64,000 nt of DNA from Octopus sinensis (lineage: Eukaryota): contig NC_042997.1 in the NCBI RefSeq assembly GCF_006345805.1, positions 172,298,001 through 172,362,000 on the forward strand, read 5' to 3'. Positions within the stretch are counted from its first letter, which is position 1, and each line of letters starts with the position of its first letter. The notes below the pieces were generated by a model that saw nothing but the letters and a program-made list of their open reading frames with translations, did not search any database and was not told where the DNA came from. This document shows, piece by piece, positions 52,694 through 64,000 of the stretch. The position numbers were made by a program, and so were the translations under genes.

Positions 52694-52914
52694 TTAATTC
52701 TTTAGCATTTAAAATAGCCATATATGACCCAAATATTGTTTAATGTTTGGACCAGATGGATTTGGCTTCTCACATATACCCACAATGTCATTCTAAAAAT
52801 ACCCAATCATATCATCAAAATCTTAAAGCTACAAGATAGTGAATGATAAATTTTGAATTATGTGAATAAATAAGCATTATATTTGACAAAGTAATTTGAA
52901 TGCGAAAGGGTTAA
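52694..52914. mobile_element. piggyBac-type MITE with TTAA ends
   Basis: TTAA-TTCTTTAGCATT ... AATGCGAAAGGG-TTAA. Confidence 0.75.
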
Positions 52915-53312
52915 ACATCCTCAAAACCATGTCAAAGATAGAGAATAGAATATTTTCTCAAATTATGAAAATGTACCACCAACGGCACATGTAAATAAGT
53001 AAAGTAAATGTTCCTTCTCGAGCCATGCCAGGCTCATAAGGGCCGGTTTCCCAGTTTCAGTGGCATAGAAATTCCCCACCTGGACAGGACGCCAGTCCAT
53101 CACAGGATTACTCATTTTTGCCAGCTGAGAGGACTGGAGCAATATGAAATGAAGTGTTTTGCTCAAGAACACAACACATCACCCGGTCCAGGAATCGAAA
53201 CCACAACCTTACGATCATGAGTTCAACACCCTAAACACTTAGCCACGTGCCTCCACAGTGGTACATGTGGCAGTTAGCATTTTAATAATAGTTTGTATCA
53301 GCTCCACATTAC

Positions 53313-53510
53313 TTAACTCATTAGCATTTAAATTGGTCGTATTTGGCGATCAAACCAGCTAGATCGAGTATCTCACACCTACTCTACAATGTCATTCTAA
53401 AAATAAACAATCACATCATTGAAATCTTTAAGCGACAAGATAAATTTAAAACAATGAATAAATAAGCTTCACATATATTTGACAAAGTAATTTGAATGCT
53501 GAAGGATTAA
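53313..53510. mobile_element. piggyBac-type MITE with TTAA ends
   Basis: TTAA-CTCATTAGCATT ... AATGCTGAAGGA-TTAA. Confidence 0.75.
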
Positions 53511-54387
53511 CTAACAAAAACACTATGTCGTAAACTGCTATTTAGCAATATTTTGTATGAAGGTTTTTTTGTATGTTCAGTAAAAAAAAGAATCACATGC
53601 TAGCTTTTATGTTGTAATTTGTGGAAAATGTCTTATTTATACACGATAGATCTACATTGCTCCTATCCACGAACTTGTCAAGAATAAGTAATAGATCATC
53701 TAGAAATGTTACATGTCACAAACTAATATCCTATCAAAGGAGGGATTTATCTCACATCTGTTTATCACCATCAAGTATCAACCATTAAAAGTCTTTTGAA
53801 GCTATTGGAGATATTTACAATTATATACATGAGCTAATATTTTGTGGCTATTCTTTTTGTTATCATATTTGTTGTTTTTGTTTTGTTTTGTTTTGTTTTG
53901 GTAAGAAAAGAGATTAGGCTGTGGAGGAATGAAGACAGAGTAGCTAAATCTGGTCTTAGATAACATGATATAAGGATTAGAACTGATTGGGGAATTGATG
54001 CTTATGGTAACCTGACCAACACGAGCTTAGGAGTAGAGTGAAAGATGATTATAGTGATGATGACTGTGGTGGTGATGGTGGATGCAGAGGAGGAGGAGAA
54101 GAGGAAGGACAACGGCAACAAAGACTGTCACAATGATGATGGTGAGGGGCTCGTGGTTAGAAGATGATGAGGAAGAGAAGGAGGAGAAGGAAAAGTAATG
54201 TTATGGTGGTAATGGTTATGTTGACAATAATAGCAACGACGATGAAGACAATGACAACAGCAACGATGGTGATGATGATGATGGTGAGGATGAGGATGAT
54301 GATGGTGATGATGGTGATGATGGTGATGATGGTGGTGGTGGTGGTGGTGGTGGTGGTGGTGGTGGTGGTGGTGTGGTGGTTGGGGGG

Positions 54388-54429
<42 letters not shown>

Positions 54430-54441
54430 CGATGGTGATGG

Positions 54442-54475
<34 letters not shown>

Positions 54476-54834
54476 CATGATGATGATGATAACAGTGCAT
54501 TAAATCTGCAGCTTCCAGTATGACATTGTGCCCTTAAGTCATGAATGTCACTCTGCTTGCCAAAATAGAAGACCCTACTGAAAATTTTACATCTAAAATA
54601 TATTTTGCTGCTTCTTTGCTTAACATGATATTAACTTCTAACACAGGCAGGCAAAAAAGCCCCAAAGCTGAGAAGAAAAAAAGTGTAATCAATTAGATTA
54701 TTTAAATTGTATCCCATCTCCACCCTGGTAGTTGACTGGTACTTATTTCAGTGACCCCAAAAGAATAACAAGTAAAGCTGTCTTCAACAGGATTTGAACT
54801 CAGAACATAAATGATATTTTATCTGATGCTCGAC

Positions 54835-55070
54835 AAAGGTGGCAAGCTGGCAGACACGTTAGCACGCCGGGTGAAATGCTTAGCAGTATTTCGTCTATGA
54901 TTACGTTCTTCTGAGTTCAAATTCCACCAAGGTTGACTTTGCCTTTCATCCTTTCAAGTCGATAAATAAAGTACCAGTTTCGCACTGGGGTTGATGTAAA
55001 TGACTTAATCCCTTTGTCTGTCCTTGTTTGTCCCCTCTATGTTTAGCCCCTTGTGGGCAATAAAGAAATA
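54835..55070 (+). mobile_element. Nin/Deu-domain tRNA SINE, full length
   Basis: 15-bp TSD TATCTGATGCTCGAC (54820-54834 and 55071-55085); central GCCTTTCATCCTTTC..GTCGATAAA..AAGTACCAG; inserted into an older antisense copy. Confidence 0.9.
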
Positions 55071-55471
55071 TATCTGATGCTCGACCAATTTTTGTTAGTA
55101 CCTAGTATTAGTAATTTTTTATTATAGTTGTGTGAAGGCACATGACTTGCTGATTTGAGTGTTGGGCTCGCAATCGTGAGGTAGTGAGTTTGATTCCTGG
55201 ACCAGGTTGTGTGTTGTGTTCTTGAGCAAGACACTTTACTTCATGTTCCTCCAGTTCACTCAGCTGTAGAAATGAGTTGCAATGTCACTGGTGCAAGGCC
55301 TTTACCTTTCCCTTGGATAATATTGGTGGCATGGAGAAGGGAAGCTGGTATGCATGGGTGACTGTTCGTCTTCCATAAACAACTTGGCCCAGACTTGTGT
55401 CTTGGAGAGTAACTTTCTAGGTGTAATCCCATGGTCGTTCATGACCAAAGAGAGTCTTTACTCTCTTTATT

Positions 55472-55509
<38 letters not shown>

Positions 55510-55526
55510 CATTTACTCTCTTTATT

Positions 55527-55602
<76 letters not shown>

Positions 55603-55603
<1 letters not shown>

Positions 55604-58480
55604 TTTTTTTTTCTTCTTTCAAATTTGCTTCCATTTCTTGCCGAGTGTCTTCCCGACTCCTAGGGCAAAGAAACTCATAGTATACATTCGTAGACCATTA
55701 AACCAAACTCAGTAGTTCGTTCATTTTTTTTTTTTTTTTTTTTTTCTTAAAGTTAAATTAAAATACATGAGCAGCAACAGTTCTCACATCGACAATGCTC
55801 TTCTCAATACGTGTGATGTACCAGTTAAGACAATCTTTTGCACTTCTTGCAGGGATGGTAAGCCAGGGATCATTCTCATATAATTTTCGGTTCCCTTCTT
55901 GATCATTCCTAGTGCTCCTACAATCACTGGTATTGTAACCGCCTTGAGATGCCACATTTTCTCAATTTCAATGAGTAGGTCTTTATATTTTCTGAGCTTG
56001 TCAAACTCTTTCGCTGAGATATTATAATCACAGGGGATGCCCATGTCGATCAATAAGCAAACTTTATTGTTTTGGTCTTTCACAACAATATCTGGTTTAT
56101 TGGCCTTGATGGTTCGGTCTGTATGTACTGGAAAGTCCCACAGAATGGTTACATTTTCTCCTTCAGTTACAGCCTCAGGGTGGTGATTATACCACTTGTC
56201 GGCAGTTTTGATATTGTAATGCCGACTTATTAGCCAGTGGAGATATTGGCCAACTCTGTCATGTCTTAATTTATACTCCACTGGTGCTAAGACTTTACAT
56301 CCAGAGATTAGGTGGTCCACTGTTTCAATCATGTCGTTGCAGAATCGGCATTTTGGGTCTGCTCCATTTTTCATCACATTGGCCTGGTAGTTCCGGGTTA
56401 ATAGGCTTTGATCTTGAGCAGCCAGGATGAAACCTTCGCTCTCTGCTTTTAGCCCTGAGTTCCGTAGCCACTGATGGGTTTGCTTCTGGTCAACATCAGC
56501 TTGTTTGCTGCGGGTCACATATTTGCCGTGCAGAGGTTTCTCCTCCCACCTATCAGCCAATTGCTCGTGCGCTTTTTTCATTGCCATCATTTTCACCTTC
56601 TTTGCAACAATAGTTGCCGTACTTCCCTCGGGTTGTTCAGTTTGGGTATCCTGCACGAGATCAATAGCAAATTTTTTGCTTTCCTTTATGATAGAATGAA
56701 GCTTCTTTCGTCTCTCATGATTTTCCACGAGCTTTAGCATCCAGTCATTCGATATTTCGAGATATTTGGCCAGTCCAATTGTGGTTGTTTTGTAAGCTAG
56801 TTCAAATTGGATCAGGCCTCGACCTCCTTGGGCTCTGGGAAGGTAAAGGCGATCTACGTCTGCCTTTGGGTGGTGCATCCTATTACAACTCAGTAGCTTG
56901 CGTATTTTTCTATCTATATTCTTTACTTCACTCATATTCCAGTTCAACACATTGTAGCTATAAGTAACAACTGGAACTGCTAAGGAATTTATAGCTAACA
57001 CCTTGTTACGTGCATTTAGTTCAGATTTCAGGACTGCACGAACTCTCCTATAACATTCCTTCCTGATTTTCTCTTTCATGCTTGCATGCTGAATACCAGA
57101 GCCTTCATTTATCCCTAAATATTTGTATGTTTGTTCTTGCTCAAGCTCTCTTATGACTGTGTCAACATCTAACACGACTGAATTTGTGGTCTTCACTTTC
57201 CCTTTCTGGAAAGTGGCCTTGGCACACTTCTCAAGTCCAAACTCCATCCCGATGTCATCGCTGAATGCTTTCACGGTGCGCAGTAGGCCTTCAAGTTCAT
57301 TATTGTCTTTACCATAAAGTTTTAAGTCATCCATATAAAATAGATGGCTTATTTTTTTATTGGCAATTTTATACCCATACCCTGTTCTGTTTAATTCACT
57401 TGTAAGGGGTATTAGGGCTATGCAGAATATTAAAGGTGAAAGTGAGTCACCTTGAAAAATTCCACAGTTGATGTTTATATTTTCTGAGGCAAGTACTCCA
57501 TTAGAGTGGTATAATTGGAGATTCGTATTCCACAACGACATATTGTGCTTCAGGAAGTTTGAAATCACAGGGGAAATTTTGAAGATGTCCAGCGATCTCA
57601 AGATCCATGGATGCGGTATACTGTCGAAGGCCTTTTTGTAGTCAATCCATGCGGTGCTGAGATTTCTGCGCTTGTTGTGACAGTTCTCAAGGATCATATG
57701 ATTGATTAGCAGTTGATCTTTGCATCCGTAAGAGCCTCGGCGGCACCCTTTTTGTTCAATGGGGAAAATATCGTTCTTCTCCATGAATGCATATGTTTTC
57801 TCCGCCAGGATAGATGTTAGGATTTTATACGTGGTGGATAGACAGGTTATAGGCCGATAGTTTTTTGGAAGGTTGGTTTCGTTATTCTTTGGGAGTAGGT
57901 AAGTAATGCCACTTGCTAACCATTCAGGTGTTTTCTTTGGGTCTCTCATAATTCCATTGAGCAGCTGAACTAGCTTACCGTGTGCGCATGGGAGCGATGC
58001 GAGCCAGAAATTCGGCACCCTATCTTTACCGGGGGTTTTCCAATTATGGGCTTTCGTGAGTGCCTTTCTTAGGTCTGCTATTGTGATGTCTTCCCATGCT
58101 TGTTGTTGTAAATTTTGGTAGGATCCTTCAGTTTGTATAATCCAGTCTGCATGTATGTTGTACGTCTTCTTGTCACTCCAAATCCTTTTCCAAAAGTTTT
58201 GAACTTCTTCCATGGGAGGGGGGTCTTTAACGGTTACTTTCTCCTTCCCTATTTCTCTGTAGAATTTTTTGGCATTGGATGTGAACAGCTTATTTTGCTT
58301 GTAAAACTTGTTTCTCTTCTCAAATCTTCGTATTCTTTGGGCTTTTGCTTGGACTTTTTGTTTCAGCGTTTCTTTTATTGATATCAGTTCTTCTCTTGGT
58401 GAGGATCCAAATTTTCTCTTCATCTTTCTTCCTGTTCTGGATCTTACATCATTTCCACTTATTAGTTCATTTAATATTGA

Positions 58481-58481
<1 letters not shown>
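55603..58481 (-). mobile_element. R4/Dong-clade non-LTR retrotransposon, 5'-truncated, inserted in (TAA)n
   Basis: Single uninterrupted frame plus ~180-nt 3' UTR; (TTA)n arrays at 55487-55602 and 58482-58573. Confidence 0.95.
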
Positions 58482-58540
<59 letters not shown>

Positions 58541-58542
58541 CA

Positions 58543-58546
<4 letters not shown>
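55784..58546 (-). CDS. Reverse transcriptase - CCHC finger - restriction-like endonuclease polyprotein (R4/Dong); N-terminal MM-poly-Ile comes from the flanking microsatellite
   Basis: YRPITCLSTTYK, WIDYKKAFDSI, GIFQGDSLSP, LFYMDDLKLY, YKYLG, CRFCNDMIETVDHLISGC, KPDIVV...LIDMGIP...KLRKYKDL; no internal stop. The true element start is missing. Confidence 0.92.
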
Positions 58547-58573
<27 letters not shown>

Positions 58574-58634
58574 CAGAGTTGTAATTATTGTTGCTTTCAA
58601 TAATTAAAATTGCATTATTACTGCAATCTCTTGG

Positions 58635-58850
58635 GGCAGCCAGCTGGCAGAATCATTGGCACACCAGACAAAATACTTAGCAACATCTCGTCCACCCATA
58701 TGTTCAGAGTTCAAATTCCACTGAGGTTGAATTTGCCTTTCATTCTTTCAAGGTTGATAAAATAAATACCAGTTGAGAACCAGGGTTAATGAAATCGACT
58801 TAGCCCCTCCCCCAAACTTGCTGGCCTAAAGCCCATAATAGAAAGGATTA
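58635..58850 (+). mobile_element. Nin/Deu-domain SINE, diverged
   Basis: GCTGGCAGAATCATTGGCAC...TTTGCCTTTCATTCTTTCAAGGTTGATAAAAT. Confidence 0.75.
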
Positions 58851-59970
58851 TTATTATTATCATTAATATTATATGTTTGACTTTTGCCTTGTATTTGTAT
58901 GAGTTGACTCCAAGTTTCACCCAGAGACCTCAAGAGAAAACAAGTTAGAAGTTCAAGTTAATGTTACAGTTTTGAACAAAGTATTGTTCTAGAGAATGTT
59001 TAAGAAAACGTAAGAAAGTTGCAAGTTTGTTTTAAAATTTGAGATTACATAGACAGTATTTTACACAGGATATGAGCAGTCCCCATGAGCACTATTTTTT
59101 GAATTTTTGCCAATTTTGGATTTTCTGATATCTGAGCTAGGTAGCAATCAGCCCTATTATTATTAATTTAAAAGGTAATTCCTCACAAAGGTAAATAGAC
59201 AATATGAAGAACATGATATGATTGCAATAGATATTTTATTGGTTTGAAGGATATTTTGACAGTTTGCCTGTCATTCTTGAGTTCAAAATGAAAAGTGATA
59301 CATAGAAATTCAAAATTAGAAATTCCAATTTAAAAGTTTGAATAAGGGCAACCTGCATTCCTACATTGACAGAATGATATAATCAGACTTCAATTTTCAA
59401 TTTTATAATTGACAAAAAGAAAAAGAAAGAAAAAAGAGAAAAAAAAAGAAAATAAAAAAGAAAAGGATAAAGAAGAAGAATATTTAATCAAACAGCTTTG
59501 TGTAAATATGATGAAATTCCCGTCATTGTTCATCCCTTCAGGGCGTGATGTTAATAACTCGCAAACATTTCTCCTCATGAATTTTGTGGACTGAAAGTGT
59601 ATCAGAGTCAGAATATTTTCTGAGAATATACACTTTCAAGTTTGTTTTTTTTAAATTGCTCCAGCTGAAGTTCATTGACCAAAATAAGTAGAAAATGAAA
59701 GATAAAAGATTACAGATAAAAGATTATTTCCTGAAAGAATTCCTATTATTGTAGTGATAGTTTCTGTTTCCAATCCTTACATTTCAATTAATTTTATTTC
59801 TAGTTCTTTCAAGTTGAATATTTTCTCCAATTCTTTGAGAGATAAATCATTATCTGTTAAAATTGATAATTCAGTTAGGAGACATTTATTTTCCTGGCAG
59901 TCCTTGACAACAATATCCAGCAAATTAACCTTGATTTCCTTGTCTGTGTATATTGGCACACTCTCTAGAG

Positions 59971-60249
59971 CAGTGGTTCCCAAACTTTTTTGGGCTGGCA
60001 CCCCATTGACAACCAGGCTACATTCCTAGAACCACCACCCACCCACCCGCCAACTAACCATCACAAACATAGACCTCTTTCTGAAGAAAATTCAAAGCAA
60101 CTGTATTTCACAAATAAAACCTAATGAACCCATTATTTTGTTGTTTTTACATGAATCACTACCCCATTATCACCCCACATCTGTTCAATGCCACCTTGGA
60201 ACTTTTCCCCAACCCCAGGGGGCAATACTGCCCACTTTGAGAACCACTG
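59971..60249. mobile_element. hAT/Charlie-type MITE
   Basis: TIRs CAGTGGTTCCCAAA / TTTGAGAACCACTG; 8-bp TSD CTCTAGAG (59963-59970 and 60250-60257). Confidence 0.92.
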
Positions 60250-60421
60250 CTCTAGAGCATGGTATCTTTGTTATTCTTTGAGACTGCTACGGGTATATAT
60301 TTATACCATCCCTTTTTTGTTGATAATTCATAATGCTGGAATAATTTCCAGTAGGTGAAAACCCTCTGCAGTTCTGCCATGTTCTAAGGTGTATTCTCTT
60401 CTGGCTAAAACTAGACCACCA

Positions 60422-60647
60422 TAAGGCGGCGAGCTGGCAGAAACGTTAGCACGCCGGGCGAAATGCTTCGTGGTATTTCATCTGCCACTGCGTTCTGAGT
60501 TCGAATTCCGCTGAGGTTGACTTTGCCTTTCATCCTTTCGGGGTCAATAAATTAAGTACCAGTTACGCACTGGGGTTGATGTAATCGACATAATCCCTTT
60601 GTTTGTCCCCTCTATGTTTAGCCCCTTGTGGGCAATAAAAAAATTTT
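60422..60647 (+). mobile_element. Nin/Deu-domain tRNA SINE, full length
   Basis: 14-bp TSD AAACTAGACCACCA (60408-60421 and 60648-60661). Confidence 0.92.
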
Positions 60648-61744
60648 AAACTAGACCACCAGAGACAATGTACTTAACTGTTTCCTCTCAACCTCCACAT
60701 ACACTGCTTTGTTGATTTGTGATAGAAAGGCGCTGATTTTGTTCTGAAATAAAAATAATCCTTTAGTCACAGTTTTAAGTCCTGTATTTTTTAGCAAATC
60801 ATGTAATTTTTCTTTGTCAATCTCCACCCTGTTCAGTTTTTATCCTATTTATCTGGTTTTTTTTTTATGTATTTGTCATATAATCATACAAGAACCAATG
60901 CTTTTTCTTCCTATTGGTTTAATATGGCATTCCATAGCTTCATTCTCGGCTCAGATTTTAGCTTTTTACAATTCCTGTTGTTGTTCCCCTTTTTCCATCA
61001 CAACTGTTTGTTGTTGTTGTTGTAACAGAAATAGCTTACACCAACGATTAATTGAAAGAAACCAATTTTCAAAAAAACCTCTCCAGCCATGATAGTTTAA
61101 CAGTATTAAAAATAGATAGCAGGCATTAAGAATAAAAAATAAAAATAAAAATAAACAAGCATTCAAAAGAAAAATGAAAAAAGCATACTCAATAGGCCTT
61201 CCCTTTTTTTTATGACCAATTTGGCATACAAAGATGCAGTTAATGGTTAAACAATGTCACTCTTGCAGAGAGAAATTCTGTCACGGTTATTAGAATCTTA
61301 ATAAAAGATATCCTGTCAAGAAACGTTCTGGCTTCAAAATATTGCTTCTTTGACTTGGTTTTGTATGCTTATATGATCGTTATCCTGCTGTTATATAGTT
61401 CAAACTAATTAATTTCCCAGCAGATAGTAACATTGTCGTCTCTAGAATATTGCTGGTAATTAACTGCTCTCTGTTATTTCATTGAATTCATAAAAGGTCT
61501 CATACACCTGAGATCAAACAAAAACCTTCATGCTAATGAGGAAACCTCTATGAGGTATTTCAAACTGCTGGAAGCAGTGGCCTTGACTCCTTCAAATAAC
61601 ATTACACCATCTTAAATAACAGGACACAATAAATTATGTAATCTGGGGTGCACAGTGATTAAAAAAACACATAGAGTTGATCATTTCTGGAATGTCTTTG
61701 ATCATAGATCTTCTTGCCTGTTTGAGGCTAACCTGGGTCTGAAC

Positions 61745-62097
61745 ATCATCATCATTGTTCAACCATGATCGAAACAATGGAATTTACTATGTTACGCCAG
61801 ACTTCACGGTCCATCATAGCATTACGGAGGTCCTGTTGCTGGATGACTGTATCCCTGGAGATTACATCAGGGTAGGAGAGCGTGCGCCCTCTGGTATCGT
61901 GAGCAGATGGCTTCCAGAAAAGAAGAGAAGAAATTACCTCGTTTTCAGCGCTACAACAATTTCCAGCAAACTGGACTCTTCTACCTTTCACAAGAGATGA
62001 TACAGGTGGTAATTTCCCATATATTTGTACCTTGGTTGGATGACGCTTCCACAAGAGATTTTGAGCTCTCATAAGGAGGCAAGTGTAAGTACCATCT
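61745..62097 (-). mobile_element. RTE-like LINE (second family), 3' fragment
   Basis: ORF 61752-62072 is homologous to 63199-63660; ends in (GAT)n. Confidence 0.85.
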
Positions 62098-62365
62098 CAA
62101 AATGAAGTAATCATACAAATGAACATTAGATTAATTTTTTTTGTAAAGACAGCCAGAGGAATGAAGAAGTGCCTATGACCATTTTCAGGACTTCCAAGAT
62201 TGATAAGAAGAATGGAGTAAGTCGGCTGCAAAACAGAGATCTGCCCAAAAACTTGCAAGAGACCGAACTCCACTCAGAGCACCAAAGAGCCTAATAAGAG
62301 TACTAAACTGTACTACAGATTTAGTCTAACTCCACCCTATCTCCAGACAAGCCTTCAGCAACATT

Positions 62366-62744
62366 AGGAGGCGCAATGGCCCAGTGGTTAGAGCAGCAGA
62401 CTGGCGGTCAGAGGATCGCAGTTTCGATTCCCAGACCGGGCATTGTGTGTGTTTATTCAGCGAAAACACCTAAAGCTCCATGAGGCTCTGGCAGGGGGTG
62501 GTGGCGACCCTTGATGTACTCTTTCGCTCCAACTTTCTCTCACTCTCACTTCCTGTTTCTTGTCTCCGACTTCCTACGCAACCGCTGAACCTGGATGCGC
62601 ATTCATCCATCCGTCGATGCTCTTGGTGTGTAGGGGGTTGACCTGCTTTCTCTTCTGTGGGTCTTACGAATAGCAAAGGACCACGTTTCAGACTTTTCCC
62701 AAGGACGAAGACTGCTTCGCTCAACAAACAAATAAATAAACAAA
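62366..62744 (+). mobile_element. tRNA-derived SINE, family A
   Basis: 10-bp TSD TCAGCAACAT (62355-62364 and 62745-62754); A box TGGCCCAGTGG, B box GTTTCGATTCC; AAAT/AAAC tail. Confidence 0.92.
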
Positions 62745-62806
62745 TCAGCAACATCACTAGTCACAGAAGCAGTTCCCTGTAAACTCTGGAAAGCCAATTA
62801 CCTCAT

Positions 62807-63013
62807 TTAACCCATTAGCGTTCAGATTACTTTGTCAAGTGTAACACTTATTTATTCATGTTGTCTTAAATTAATCATGCATTATCTTGTAACTTTGAGA
62901 TTTTAAGTGATGTGATTGTTTATTTTTAAGTGCTATGGATCCAGTCAGTTTGAATGTAAAACAGGTAGAATATATTTGGCTGGATATGTCCAGTTTAAAT
63001 ACCAAAGGATTAA
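62807..63013. mobile_element. piggyBac-type MITE, opposite orientation to the other copies
   Basis: TTAA-CCCATTAGCGTT ... AATACCAAAGGA-TTAA. Confidence 0.72.
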
Positions 63014-63204
63014 ATTCCAAAGAACTGCAACTACTATGCAGTAATTGAAAGTATCTTCTTACTCAGGATTGACACTGCCAAGATTTTCAAAAGTGAACGA
63101 AGAGACTAGATGACAAAATATATGCAACAATCGAGTCTATGTTTCAGAGATGAGGAATTTTATACTATGGACTAGTCAGAGAGGTGTCCTCATCTTGATT
63201 GCTG

Positions 63205-63670
63205 CTTTCACTAAGTAGAGATTTCAAACTTAAAATCTTCAAAGCCACAGTCGAACCAATTCTACTATATGGCTCAGAAACCTGGACATTATCAAAGAAG
63301 CTTGAGAGGCAGTTGGATGGAACTTACACTCGCCTCCTTATGAGAGCTCAAAATATCTCGTGGAAGCAGCATCCAACCCAGGTACAAATATATGGGAAAT
63401 TGCCACCTGTATCATCTCTTGTGAAAGGTAGAAGAGTCCAGTTTGCTGAACATTGTTGTAGAGCTGAAAACGAGGTAATTTCTACCCTTCTCCTCTGGAG
63501 GCCATCTGCTTGCAATACCAGAGGGTGCACACTCTCCTACCTTGATGTAATCTCCAGGGATACAGGCATCCAGCAACAGGACCTCCATAATGCTATGATG
63601 GACCATGAAGTTTGGCGTAACATAGTAAATTCCATCGTCTCGACCACAGTTGAACAATGATGATGATGAT
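63205..63670 (+). mobile_element. RTE-like LINE (second family), 3' fragment
   Basis: KLKIFKATVEPILLYGSETWTL...RRVQFAEHCCR is a typical post-RT RTE C-terminus; the stop codon is the first unit of the (TGA)n tail. Confidence 0.88.
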
Positions 63671-64000
63671 GTAGGCAGTTGGCAACCTTATTTGAATCAG
63701 TGACGTTATGTTTCAACGGGAGTCATCTATAATTATCTCCCCTGTTGCATCACTAGCTACTAGGCGGTGCTAGTTTCCTTACCATAAAAGACGTGCACCC
63801 ATACATTACTTTCTCTTTCTCTATAACATACACTGATGTTAAGAGATGAGCACAGAGATGATGAGCTAAGCACTGCACTTTGAATTATTTCTGCTTGCCA
63901 TTAGAAATGGGAATTTTCCTCTCAGTTCCTGTTATGAAACAACTTTTTGTTACAGTTCTATATTAAGAGATGAGGAATTATGTACATTATTTACATTATT

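Larger units (their letters stand above)
59750..60720 (-). mobile_element. Fossil R4/Dong CCHC-RLE region interrupted by a MITE and a SINE
   Basis: Minus strand CGG*EETVKYIVSGGLVLARREY and VPIYTDKEIKVNLLDIVVKD align with the intact R4 copies. Confidence 0.8.

Noticed and set aside
62366-62440. tRNA gene calls for SINE heads
   Set aside because: A/B boxes are present, but each head continues into a repeated SINE body, with TSDs in the best copies and no complete cloverleaf.

Overview
AT-rich, microsatellite-dense animal genomic DNA. The SINE/RTE repertoire and repeat composition suggest a coleoid cephalopod such as Octopus (inference). No host protein-coding gene can be supported; most ORF-track entries are microsatellite or transposon artefacts. 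The window is a mosaic of non-LTR retrotransposons (two RTE pseudocopies plus many 3'-end fragments, a second RTE family, a Tx1/L1 relic, a CR1 relic, and R4/Dong-type elements in (TAA)n, one with an uninterrupted ~900-codon RT-CCHC-RLE frame), DNA transposon relics (hAT, mariner, piggyBac-type and Charlie-type MITEs, a probable Helitron) and four tRNA-headed SINE families. The most notable layer is a set of small non-coding elements sitting in (TA)n tracts. Several carry type I hammerhead ribozyme motifs of the Penelope/retrozyme kind. Two otherwise poorly alignable ones (12.4-13.0 kb + and 27.0-27.7 kb -) instead share a ~140-nt RNA core with compensatory base changes, a consensus kink-turn and a predicted pseudoknot that I cannot assign to a known family. 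This core is the best candidate for an undescribed system. All structures were derived by eye and need computational and biochemical confirmation.
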